A stretch of DNA of 63,854 nt, the filler included, from Basidiobolus meristosporus CBS 931.73 (Eukaryota > Fungi > Basidiobolomycota): NCBI GenBank assembly GCA_002104905.1. It is 3 parts of 3 records of this genome, joined end to end, with 100 filler letters (N's around TTAATTAATTAA, not from the genome) between each part and the next. Parts side by side here need not be neighbours in the genome. Positions count along the whole stretch, not along the records: positions 17,367 to 38,127 come from MCFE01000998.1; 2 more parts are not named here. The stretch is one strand, 5' to 3'. Positions 18,191-30,679 of this stretch are shown piece after piece. Position numbers and translations under genes: made by a program. Position 1 is the first letter of the stretch, and every line of letters begins with the position of its first letter. Below the pieces are notes generated by a model. It was not told the DNA's origin and did no database searches. It worked only from the letters and a program-made list of their open reading frames with translations.

Positions 18191-19299
18191 ACATCCCCCA
18201 TCCAGATCTTGAATCCTGATTTCGCTGGGTCCCGGGACGGTTTGCCCAATGTCCGACTTCCCAAAATAAATGAATGATTCCACGGTTGCTCCTACATCCA
18301 CGTGTTCCCTTCATGCATAAGCGTTCCCACCCACATCGGAGGGATGCCTCGCCCTTGCCTCGGTATTCTACTCGAATCCTCGCCGACCAGCACGGTTGGT
18401 TCTAGGTGCTACTCGCGTTGGATTTCCCTGGTCGGAGGGGATCGGAGCGGGAGGGAGGGGGGGGGATCCATCGATCCCCCGTCCTTAAAGCTTATTTGGG
18501 ATCTGCCCACGGATCCTTGGTTGCACACGACAGCCTGGGTCTCAGCATGCAGCAGCAATCAAGATACCCCCTCCCCCCATCTCCCAGGAAGGGTACCACG
18601 TATATTCTGCGGTGGTAATGGTGACGAGGGGGGGGGGAGTGGATTCTCACCTGGATGAAAGGCAAATCAAACTGTTCTCTGGTGTGGCGGATCCCTCCCT
18701 CCCTCCCTTCCTCTCCGAAATCACACCACCCACTTGTCAACCCAGGTGACTTCCCTATCTCATCACGTGTCAGGAATGTATGCTGGGAAGGTTGATTCCA
18801 TGGGAAGTGTTCCCATCAAATCACACCCCTTGCAAAGTCCACACAACTCAGCAGCATCACCCACTGACTGCCTCCTCTGGCTCTGCCACTTCCAATGCCT
18901 ACCACACCTCTCTACTTGGGTAGTGTGTGGCCAAAGTGGCATCCACCTTCCCACCTTCCCCCTCAACAGTCCCTTCCTTTGCATAGTTTCACATCCCACA
19001 CTAATCCAGGAATATGCAGCCTATACCTGGCAAAGATCACCTTGATCTAGGATTTCATTGGGGATGGTGGTTGGTGAGTACTCTCCAGTCCCAAACCTTC
19101 AAGAAGCATTTCTGGCTGTAGTCCATATTTTGCTGCTCCACAGGCCACCATGCCCACTTAACTGTGATGCAAGTCTCATTCTATGCTGCTCTCCAGTGTT
19201 GCACTCCATGCAGTAAATGGGCAACCCCTCTTACAAATGCCTATCACTGGTGCCAATCTTATAACCTTCTGGTGCATATACCATGGGAAGAACTTGCTT

Positions 19300-19520
19300 T
19301 GACATAACCGCTGATTGATGAGATGGAATCAGTGACAGAGTAAATCACCAAAGAAGATGCAATGGTTGCCCCCCTGAATAGCTTGCCAGATGGATTTCAG
19401 GGTCTTGTGTTGGCCCTAGAGTTGGACCTGCAGATCTGACTTTAAGTAACATAAATTGAAGGCTCCTGGATGAAAAATTGAGAAAATCAAGCCCTAACAA
19501 GAAGGAAGAAGATACATCAA
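19300..19520 (+). mobile_element. Degenerate copia A gag fragment
   Basis: Aligns with 21440-21650. Confidence 0.65.
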
Positions 19521-19534
19521 TGCATCTGGATATT

Positions 19535-19836
19535 AGACTTGTTCTGTTGGATAGTGCCACATTGAGCCATGAGTGCCATGGGTATTGAGTACCAGATGCA
19601 TATCTACAATCCTTTAGTGCTCTTCCACATCTTGTACAACATTGACCTAAAAAAAAAGGTCAAAAAATGGATTTTCTCCATCACAATGAGTGAAACACAG
19701 GGGCTGCTTTGCATGAAGATGCAGATCTATGTTTCACACTCTGTGGCCAAGTGTAGGCTCACTTGGCCTCCCTGGCACACTATGGCATCATTTGGCACTC
19801 ATGGCTCAATGTGGCACTATCCAATGGAACAAGTCT
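19535..19836. mobile_element. 302-bp MITE of the PHIS/Pangu-like family
   Basis: TIRs AGACTTGTTC...GGAACAAGTCT; TSD ATT/ATT. Confidence 0.85.
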
Positions 19837-20089
19837 ATTTACCTAAAGAGGAACTTGAAGCCCTTTGAATGGAGAACCAAGCCTGCTAGTAGCCACTGCA
19901 GAAGGAGAGGACACTTGCCAGACTGGTGCTCTGAAAAGTGAGAAAATAAACTAATCAAGTGCAAACTTGCAAATGATGGTACCACTGGAGACTTGTTATT
20001 TGTATATGCACTTAATAATGACTATCAATACAACCTTTAGATGAGGTATAGTGACTCTGGCTCATCTAGATACTTTACACATCAAAAAG

Positions 20090-20460
20090 TGTTGTGAATT
20101 TTGTGATTTCACCTAAACATTCACCCAACTTAGTCACTTGGATCATCATGTAAAAATCTTGGAGAATTCCTGCCAAATTTCTTACTGGGATGTACTTGCA
20201 ACATTTTCACCAGAACATCAGATGCAAAGAACATGAAAACTCTCAAAGTTGTCCAAACCACCCCAAACTTGGACCCAATTATCTTACATCCAATTCCTCA
20301 AAGGTGTCCAAACAGCCCCATACTTTGCACACAGTCTCTTGGGACCTTCCTAGGCATATTCTACATGTCTTGATTGCCAAGACCACATAAAAGCACAAGT
20401 ACTGCTATTACACCCAATAAGTCAATAAGTAAAAACTGCATAATCCGCTAGTGCTACCAG
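20090..20460 (+). mobile_element. Degenerate copia A LTR relic
   Basis: CACCTAAACATTCACCCAACTTAGTCACTTGGATCAT...CCAAACAGCCCCATACTTTGCACAC matches the family A LTR. Confidence 0.65.
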
Positions 20461-20664
20461 TCATTGCCTAACCCTTTGAAAATAATTCTGTCCTACAGGT
20501 GGATCCAATCTGCACCAGCCATCAGGATACCACATTGAGGCTGCCATAATGCTTGCAGTTTGGAATTATTGACCCTCCTCACAATCTTATGACAGGATTG
20601 CAACAGTATTTTGCCAAATATGTGATTAAACTTGGAAGTATTTTAGCAGTCCCTGGGCAATATT

Positions 20665-23600
20665 TGTTGTGAAAATTTGTAATTCCACCTAAATATTCAC
20701 CTAACTTAGTCACTTAGATCATTACCCTCAAATCCTAGAGAATACTGACCAAATTTCTTGTCAGGATTTACTTGTAATATTTTCACCAAAATACCAGGTA
20801 CCCAGAACATGAAGATTCTCAAAGTTGTCCAAACAGCCCCATACTTTGCACACATGCTCTTGGGACCTTCCTTAACCTATTCTACATGTTTGGTATGCCA
20901 AGACCAGGTAAAAGTATAAATACTACTTTTACATTCAATAAATCATTAAGTGAAAACCACATGATCTCCTTGTTCTCCCAATCACTTCCAATATCTCCAA
21001 GACTCTTACAACATGTTATGAGCTCCAAGCTGTCACTCTCTGCAATGTCTACTGCTGCTATTACTGGAATTTTTCCCTCTGCTGAAAAGTTGGATGGATC
21101 TAACTACCAAGTGTGGAAGGTGAAGATGAAGATGCTGCTACAAGAAAGAGGCCTTTGGGATATTGTCATGGGAGAAGAATGCCCTCCTAAAAACGTGGGT
21201 GAGGAAGCCTTAAAGCACCAGAAGAAAGAACAAAGTGCCTTTAACTGCATTTGCCTTAATGTCAAAGACAAATTGCTAATTCAATGTTCAAGAGCAAAAA
21301 CAGCAAAGAATGTCTGGAAGGCATTAGAGGACACCTACCAGTCATGTTCAGCTGCTAAGAAAATGTATCTGAGACAAAAATTCTTTACAACAAAGATGCT
21401 GCCAGGAGAAGAAATGAGAAATCTGATTAACAGAATTACCCTGCTGGTAGATGAAATGGAATCTGTGGGCATACCAACTACTGATGAGGATGTGGTAGTT
21501 ACCATCCTGAATAGCCTGACAGACAGGTTTCAGGGCCTTGTATCAGCCCTAGAGTCCAGAACTGAAGATTTGACCTTAAACTAAGTATAGGGAAGGCTCC
21601 TGGATGAAGAATTAAGAGAATCAAGTGCCAATAAGAAGGAAGAAGAAAATGCTTTAATAAGCAATGATAACCAACAAAGGAGGTACCCAAGACCCTACAA
21701 AGGCAACAGCAACCTCTTTTGCAGCTACTGCAAAAGGAAAGGATACACATCAGACTGGTGCTTCAGAACAAAAGATAGTCAGCAGAAAAAGCCGGAATAT
21801 GGATATGCTGCAACAACTGAAGATAGACTATTCATATATGCACTAAATAATACCATAAACAAGGATTCTCAGATGTGGTATATTGACTCTCAATCATCTC
21901 AACACTTTACACACCAAAAAGAGCTTTTTACCCAATATCAAGAAATTCCAATCAAGAAGGTTTTCATGGATGACAATTGCACACTTGATGCAGTGGGAGA
22001 AGGAACTATCCAAGTAAACCTAAGAAGTAGTGAAGGAAGCCATTCACTGACCTTTAAAGAAGTACTCTATGTACCAGAAATAGCCAAGAACCTACTATCT
22101 GTAAGCAAGGCCACTGCAGAAGGACTCAGTTTCAGCTTTGACAAATCTGGATGCAAGATCACTGATCAAGATGGTGCCCATAATGCTTTAGGTATTAGAG
22201 ATCAGAACCTATACAAGTTGACTTATATTCCATCATATTTGGAAGCCAATATATGTAACTTAAATGAAGAAACACCAATGCTTTGGCACAGGAGATTTGG
22301 GCACATCAATTTTGATTATTTGCGCAAAATGATCAAAGATCAGCTAATTTCTGGAGTGAGAATTGATCCCCCAGCTAATTTGGAGCACTGTGAAGCCTGC
22401 ATATATGGGAAACAAGCCAGACAACTGTTCAAGAGCTCTGGGATGATCAAAACTAAGAAAAAATTAGATCTAATTCACTCAGATCTGTGTGGACCTATGC
22501 AAAATTTATCCTTAGGCAGGATGAAGTATTTAATCACTTTTATTGATGATTACACAAGATACACATGAGTCTACTTCACGGAGAGAAAGGAAGAAGCTCT
22601 GTTCAAGCTCAGGGAATTTAAAGCCATGGTGGAGAGAGAAACTGGTGAAAAAATCATGAAAATACACTCTGACAATGGTGGAGAATATACCTCAAAACTC
22701 TTCATCCACTTCTGCAAAATTCATGGGATAAAGCAAGAGACTACTGTACCATACTCCCCACAGCAAAATGGAGTAGCAGAACATGCTAACAGATCAATAA
22801 TTGATATGGCAAGATCTATGATCCATGATCAAAAATTATCCTATGATTTTTGGGTGGAATCAGTTGCCACTGCTGTATATCTTAGAAATAGAAGTTATAG
22901 CAGAATACTTTGTGATTCTACTCCATTAAAGGCATGGTATGGGTACAGACCAAGTGCAGAACATCTAAGAATATTTGGGTGTACAGCATATGCCAAGAAA
23001 CTCCCCAGCTATCAGCCAAAATTTGAGCCAAAAAGTGTAAAATGCATATTTTTGGGCCACTGCAATGAGAGTAAAGCATACAGACTCAGCCATACCAAAG
23101 CAAGGAAGCTCACCAAGTCCAGGGATGTGTTGTTTGATGAAAATTCAAAATTTTCACAAAAAAAGACATCAGATGATGACAAAAATCTGATCTCAATCTA
23201 CCAACTATCAGGATTGAAGCAGAGCAAAATAATGAAAATTTTTTCACTCCAGAGGACTCTACAACCATGGTTCAGCTAGAATCAGTGCCCAGGAATATCC
23301 CAGAAGTGATCATTCCAGTATCAAATGCCCAGAGATCAAAATGGACAAGAAATAGCCCAAATCACTATATCAATGAGGGCACAAAATTAGTCTATGCCTA
23401 TTCAGTCCATATTGCTGAGCCCCAGACTGTAAAAGAGGCCCTAAATAGCCCTTAGACAAAGTTTTGGAGATCTGCAATGGCTGAGGAATATCTGGCCCTG
23501 ATGGAATATCCAACTTGGGACTTAGTCAAATTACCAATCAACCAAAAATCAATTGGATGCAGATGGGTCTTCAAGACAATATACAAGACTGATGGTACAA

Positions 23601-25347
23601 TTAAAAGATACAAAGCAAGACTTGTGGCAAAAGGAAACTCTCAAACAAAAGGACCTGACTATACTGAGATCTTCTGGCCAGTAGCCAAGTTTAATTCTGT
23701 CAGATTAATTTTGGCTATTGCAGCCAAATATAAGTTTTTTATTCATCAAATGGATGTAAAAGCTGCATTTTTGAATGGAGAACCTGATGAGGATGTGTAT
23801 ATGGACCAGCCTGATGGGTTTGTAGACCAAGATAACTCCCATTTGGTCTGCAAGCTTAAAAAGTCACTATATGGTCTCAAACAATCACCAAGAGCCTGGA
23901 ATTGCAAGATAGATTCTTATTTGGAATCTTTGAGTTTCAAAATGAGTAATGCTGACTATAGTATATACTATAAGCCAGATAGAGCAAATCCAGCTCTATT
24001 AGCTCTATATGTGGATGATCTTATTATAGACGCCAATAACCTAGAAACATTGGAAGAGACAAAATCCAGCCTATCTAAGGAGTTCAAGATGACCAATCTA
24101 GGAGAACTCAGTTACTACTTAGGGATTAAGTTCTCTGTAGACAGAAGTACCCAGACTATTACCCTAAGCCAATCCAGTATACTCAAGATATACTAAAGAA
24201 GTACCAAATGGAAGACTGTAAACTGGCAGCTACCCTAATGGAGACAAACCTTAACTTGGTCAAAACTCAACCAAATCAAGAGAGTTTGGTTCCATCTGAA
24301 AGCCCTGACTTTCCTTATCAATCTATGATTGGCAGTTGGATGTACATCTTGCTTGGAACATGTCCAGATATATAATATTCAGTGGGAGTTGTCAGTCAAC
24401 ATAATCAGAACTATGGATCTGATCATATAGCAGCAGTTAAGCAGATAGCAGCAGTTCCTTTTAGATATCTAAAATCTGCTTAAGATACACTTATAAGGAT
24501 TCAGAGCAGGATTTTATTGGATACTCTGATGCTGATTGTGGAAGAAATTTAGAAGACAGAAGATCCACCACAAGATACACCTTTCTTTACTGTAAAGAAG
24601 TAATATCATGGAACTCAAGAAAGCAACCAACCATAACACTTTCTACCACAGAGGCAGAGTATATGGCAGCCTGTGAAGCTACAAAAGAAGCAATGTGGTT
24701 AAGAAAGCTTTTTACAGATTTAGGCCTATGTCAAAAAACACCTATTACTTTATTTCAATATAATCGAGGATGTATACAATTAGGTGAAAATCAAACTTTT
24801 CATGCTAGAACCAAGCACATAGATATTAGACATCATTTCATATGTGAAGCTATAGAGAACAACTTAGTTATCTGAGTCAAATGTACTACAGATGAAATGA
24901 TTGCAGACATATTTACCAAAGCATCAGCTAGAGACAAGTTTAAATATCTTAGGTCAAAATTAGGACTAGTCAGTATGAACATTGAGCTGAGTGGGAGTGT
25001 TGTAAAAACTCATAATTCCACCTAAATATTCACCTAACTTAGTCACTTAGATCATTACCTTCAAATCCCAGAGAATACTGACCAAAATTCCTTGTTGGGA
25101 TTTACTTGGAATATTTTCACTAAAATACCAGGTACCCAGAAATTGAAAATTCTCAAAGTTGTCCAAACAGCCCCAAACTTTGCACACATGTTCTTAGGAC
25201 CTTTCTTAACCTATTCTACATATTTGTAATGCCAAGACTATGTAAAAGTATAAACACTACTTTTACATTCAATAAATCATTAAGTGAAAACCACATAATC
25301 TACTAGTTCTCCCAATCACTTCCAATATCTTCAAAACTTTTACAACA
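20665..25347 (+). mobile_element. Full-length decayed Ty1/copia family A element
   Basis: LTRs 20665-21013 and 24998-25347 (TG..CA); TSD ATATT/ATATT; PBS-like TGTTATGAGCTCC; PPT AGCTGAGTGGGAG. gag, WYIDS protease, integrase (HSDLCGP, SDNGGEY), RT (YVDDL) and RNase H are broken by stops and frameshifts. Confidence 0.93.
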
Positions 25348-25352
25348 ATATT

Positions 25353-28300
25353 TGCATGGCATTCTGATGGTCTTATTGCAGTCTACACTAACTTCAACAG
25401 TCCTAACTGACCAGCAGAAGCAAGCACCTTATATGAAAAAAACTTCAATGGTATGTTGGCAGCCTTGATGCATACATCCATTGGCATTATATTGGCAGTA
25501 TGGCAGCATACAGTATGTCCTGTATAATGATACTGTCCAATTTACCAAATGGTGTTTCCTTTTGCTACCCTCCTTGTGCCACTCATATATTCTATTGTAA
25601 AATCACCCCTCTTTATTTGCTTGCCCACTGCCACCATGCATATTTCACATAAAGTTTTTGTCAAGAAAGAACTATGGCCTCCTGCTCACTGACCTCTACA
25701 TACAGGTACATCCACTGCAACTGACACACTTCTATCATCTCAGCTTTATGACTTTACATTGCAATACTCACAAAGTGGCCATATACCATGTATTGCTGTT
25801 AGCATAAGCATCTTGCAAGCATAAGCTTAGTTGCCTCCACTTTTGCCATGAGCACCTCTTGAATATCCTCAAAATACTTTTTGGTACTGGCCATATATTT
25901 TGAATCATGGCTGGTTTTTTGCCCCCCTTATAGGTGTGCTCAGGTTCTTGTTTGTATGAATTTTGTATTAAAGGAAAAGAAATTGGCTAGTACTCAGAAG
26001 AAACCTGGCATACTTTGGTTATGTTGTCTTAATATAAATTAACTGCTTGTTGCATCCAACCCAATTGTGCCCCACTTAACTAATTACCCACACATTGTCC
26101 TGATCATATTACATGAAGTCACTTGGCTTTATAAGGTGTTTGTGACATTTTTCTCTATGTGTGTTGTCTCAATGTGTATTAGAGCTTTGCTGGATTCATA
26201 CTGGATACAGTTGTGAGGGGAGATAAGATCACAATATATGGCTGAGCCTTCTTCTTCACAGCTTATACTCTTTGTGCCACTTTTAGAAGGCAGAGATGCA
26301 CTAACCCTATGAAAAATAATTTGGTCCCATGGATGGATACAATCCAGATCAGCCATCAAGATCCCATTCAGAGACTGTCATAATAACAGCAGCTTGGAAT
26401 TAGTAACCCTCCTAACAATCTTATGATGGGATCATAATGGTGTTTCACTAATTTTACAACCAATAAAGGGATAAAACTTGACAATATTTTAAAGGTGCTA
26501 AGACAATATTTGCATGCTATTGTTGCGGTCTTTCAGTGCTCTATTACTATTTTACATGGATTTGGTTGGCCAGGACATCCATTTGCCTTATATGGTAAGA
26601 AACTTGACAGTATTTTGACAGCCTCACAGTAAGACTCTGATGGCATTATATTGGCAGTATGACAGCCTACTGCTGGCTCTGTTTAATCCTACCGTACCAA
26701 CTTACCAAATGCTGTTTCCTTTTTCTACGTCCCCTTGTGCAATTCATATATTCCACTGTAGATTCACCCCTCTTTATTTGCTTACCCACTACTACCTTGG
26801 GTATTCCACATAGAGTTTGAATCAAAAAAAAACTATGGCCTCCTGCTTACTAACCTCTACAAATGTGCACACCTGCCACAATTGACATACTTCTATCACC
26901 TCAACTTTACGGCTTTTGAGTGTGATACTTGCAAAGTTGCCATATACCTTGTACTGCTTGTAACATATACATCTTGCAAATATATGCTTGGTTGTTGCCA
27001 CTTCTGCCATGAATACCTCCTGAATATCCTCAAAGAACTTCTAGGTATCTAGCCAATATATTCCTTCTCCCTGCTGGATTCTAGTCCCGCTTATGGGTGC
27101 GTTCTGGCTTTTGTTTGTGTGAATTCCATACTGAATGGTGTAGAAGTTGGCTTGTGACCATGAGATATCCAGCATATCAAGGTAGAGTTTTCCTGATGAG
27201 AATTAGTTGCTTGTAGCACCCAACCCAACTTTGTATTACTTAACTGATTACCCACACATTGGGACTGCTTAGCTTCTTAATGCCATAGGCATAGGTTTCT
27301 CCATGTGCACATTTGTCCTCAGTATTTTCCAACTCTTTTTGGCTGTCCTCAATACGCCAACTCATCACATCCATGACAGACTTGAAGGTAATATTCTTGA
27401 CAAGATTGGGATACGGTAGTACCTGCAACTTGACTTGTCTTCCTATCTCCCCACACATCTGCTCCATAGGAAACTCCCAAAAGGTGAAGCAAGGCCCAAT
27501 ATTCTCCACACACTGTGCAAGATGGAGTAGAGAATGGATACAGTAGTGGCAGAGATCTACGCGTTCAGCTTTATGTTTGTAATATAGCCGCTCAAATCCT
27601 GACACAAACTCATCATACAACAGCTGTAGATGTGTCAAGTTGGCATAGGTGATCTGCTTCTGGATAAATATTCCTACAATGTCCACATATGACTTGTAAT
27701 GCTTCCAATGTACTCTTGGTAGGAATGGCTTCAGAACACCACCTGAATAAATAGACTTGTTCCGTTGGATAGTGCCACATTGAGCCATGAGTGCCAAATG
27801 ATGCCATAGTGTGCCAGGGAGGCCAAATGAGCCTATACTTGGCCACAGAGTGTGAAACAGAGCTCAGCATATTCATGCAAAGCTGCCCCTGTGTTTCACC
27901 TATGATGTAGCAGAAAATTCATTTTTTGATGTTTTTTTGTGGATCAATGTTGTGCAGGATGTGAAAGAGCACAGAAGAACTGAAGACATGCATCAGGTAC
28001 ACAATACCCATGGCACTCTGAATCTATCTCCTGTGGCTTGTAGCTTGTCACAAAAATGCATGGTACTATCTTGGTCCACTGGTACTATCTGGCACTATAT
28101 TAAATTATTAGCCCTAAAGTAAGATCTATACAAAGCAATTATAGTGCCAGATAGTACCAGTGGACCAAGATAGTGCCATGCATTTTTGTGACATGCTACA
28201 AGCCACAGGAGCTAGATTCAGAGTGCCATGGGTATTGTGTACCTGATGCTTGTCTTCAGTTCTTCTGTGCTCTTACACATCCTGCACTACATTGACCAAA

Positions 28301-30220
28301 AAAAAAAGGTCAAAAAATGGATTTTCTGCAACACAATGAGTGAAATACAGGGGCGGCTTTGCATGAAGATGCTGAGCTCTGTTTCACACTCTGTGGCCAA
28401 GTATAGGCTCATTTGGCCTCCCTGGCACACAATGGCATCATTTGGCACTCATGGCTCAATGTGGCACTATCCAACAGAACAAGTATAATGCATATCTAGT
28501 TCATCCAGTCTTTGCATTTGTATTGTTGCATATGTGTGTGAATATTAATTGGAGCCTGTGAAAAGTGCCTAGGGTAGCAGATACTCTGTGATATCTTGCT
28601 AATTCTTTCAAATTTCTCTGGTATCTCAAAGGGCTCATTTAGCTTGAAATGCCCCATGTACATGTTGGTCATCAGTATAGGGATATTGTTGAAAAGCAAA
28701 TGTATTGCTCCCAGTGAAAAGGTTTTGCTCCATCAGATACCCTCTATCTTAAGTATCTCTGGTTTCCAATTGATTCCATATTCCTATCAATGGCTTATAG
28801 CTTGCCAACTTTGCTGCAATTACATGCTTACTTCTGTATGTTCTCTCTGTGGAAAGATGATGTTCTTAGTGCTGGTGCTTGGGTATAATAATGGGTGTGA
28901 GTTATGGAGTAAATCCCCTGGATCTCACACATTTGACAGCAATACCGTCCATTTTGCCTAGGGAAACCTGCTATCTTGCTGATGGCTGGGGTATCTCCAA
29001 TGCAAATAATAATATGCGCTTTTACATGATGGCCATTTACTGTTATCCTGCTGGAAAGCATACAAAATTCATTCAGCAATGGATACAGGTAGCTATCCAG
29101 GTTGGATGGTGATTTAGGCCCAGATACCAGTGAGACTACTATCCAATTATTGCTCTGATACCGTGAGATGGGCAGCAGAATCAGATTGATGAGAATCAGT
29201 GGCCAGCAGGATTTGCTGATAGAGTACGTGTTTAATGAGAATCCATCAAGTGCTAAGGCAAAGGCATGGTCATACATACATTCAAAGTAGCCCTTGCTTC
29301 TTAGCTGTTTGTAATGTTCGCCATCAAATATTTTGAATAGGTTTTTGCTTGATTGATACTGAGTGTAGTACTGTATAGCTTTGCAATATTTGTTGGACTG
29401 CATCAGCTTCCTCAAACGTGGTATGACTGGAATATATCTGGAGTGTGAGCAATGTTTTCCCTCAATGGTGGTGGATTCCTGACAATTTGGACATGTTGCA
29501 ATGGTAGCATTTTTGGATGTGAATGCCATGCAACTGTTAGCACATGCTGGAATCAGGACAATCTCTGGATCATATGTTGCCAGCTGCATGACAGTTGTTC
29601 ACTTGTACCATGTACATGGTAAGTTGCATCCTGGTATGATTTTGGCATGAAGTAGTAATAAATCCTCAAAGCCCACATTACTGATATTAGTGGATACGTG
29701 CCACTTCTCTGGCCACAACATTACATCATTCACCAGTGAAAGGATTACTGGGCTCACTTGGCTCCATAAAGTATCCTTGGCATTTGTTTCAATAGGTGTT
29801 GTCTCATTGCATATAGGGATTTGACCAGGCTCATATGTAGTACTGTTGTTAGGGGAGATAGGCTCAAAATTCATCAGTGAACCTTCTTCATCAGAGCTAT
29901 CACTCTGCATGCCATATTCAGAAGGCTGAGGTGAGCCTAAAGGCGTCACAAATTCACCTGACTCTGTTTGCACAAGGTGACAAAGACGGCCAGGCACCAA
30001 TATAGAAGTATCAACTGGCTGGCAAGATAATGTTGGTACAGTAGTGACCAATGAATAGTCAAATATGACTTGGGTGGCAAAACACTGGCCATGATCCTTG
30101 CAATTTTCCTATGCTGTTGGCATGCTTCATGGCTAAGAGGCTTACCACAATAGCCACACGGTCTTTTTTCTACTCTCTTACGGCATTGAGTCAAAGTAGT
30201 CTTGTCCATGGGGCAAACAG
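25353..30220 (-). mobile_element. Stacked CACTA/EnSpm (Tnp2-type) transposase relics
   Basis: ORF 28828-29589 has C..C zinc motifs, FDGEHY, LALDGF, SCWPLILINL, GPKSP, GDTPAISK; 27240-27797 has YCIHSLLHL...GP...WEFPMEQMCG. Repeated C-terminal segments at ~26000 and ~27200. Confidence 0.8.
27753..28486. mobile_element. 734-bp foldback MITE of the PHIS/Pangu-like family
   Basis: ~347-bp inverted arms (27753-28099, 28140-28486) with a 40-bp spacer; TSD AAT/AAT; inserted in the CACTA relic. Confidence 0.9.
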
Positions 30221-30679
30221 TTAGACCTTTAACAACATAACACTATTATATCACTTTTTGGTCAATACTCATGTGAACTTAAGACAGTCTTGTATTTGAG
30301 ACATTGCACCTACATGACTGTAAGATTCAGTGATGACCTGCCATAGTAAGCATTATAAATAAAGTTGTGGCACTACATACACACATATATGTAACACTAT
30401 TTCCCCTTTGGTCTGACTCACTTCCATATATATGCCACCAAAAAATAAAGCAAAGTTGTCTGGTTCTCAACCAAACCCCACCACTGACAACAACAGAAGA
30501 AGGGTTGGACAACAGCTTGCTGTGACATTCAGTGCAACAAGTGGGGCTACATCCAAAAAAGGCCCTGTGGACAGTGTGCCTATTGAAGGTAATAATGCGG
30601 ACTGCTCAGGCTCTCAGTCAAGTAGGCAGCTGAAAATCTCTGCGGAGCCACAAGCTGACCATTATGCTCAGGCAGTTGA

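Noticed and set aside
18734-19290. CpG-poor segment with Cys/Trp-rich short ORFs
   Set aside because: Probably a decayed TE, but I could not assign any motif.
30432-30679. Possible second (TnpA-like) gene of the CACTA element, cut by the copia LTR
   Set aside because: Short low-complexity fragment without diagnostic motifs; CACTA termini not identified.
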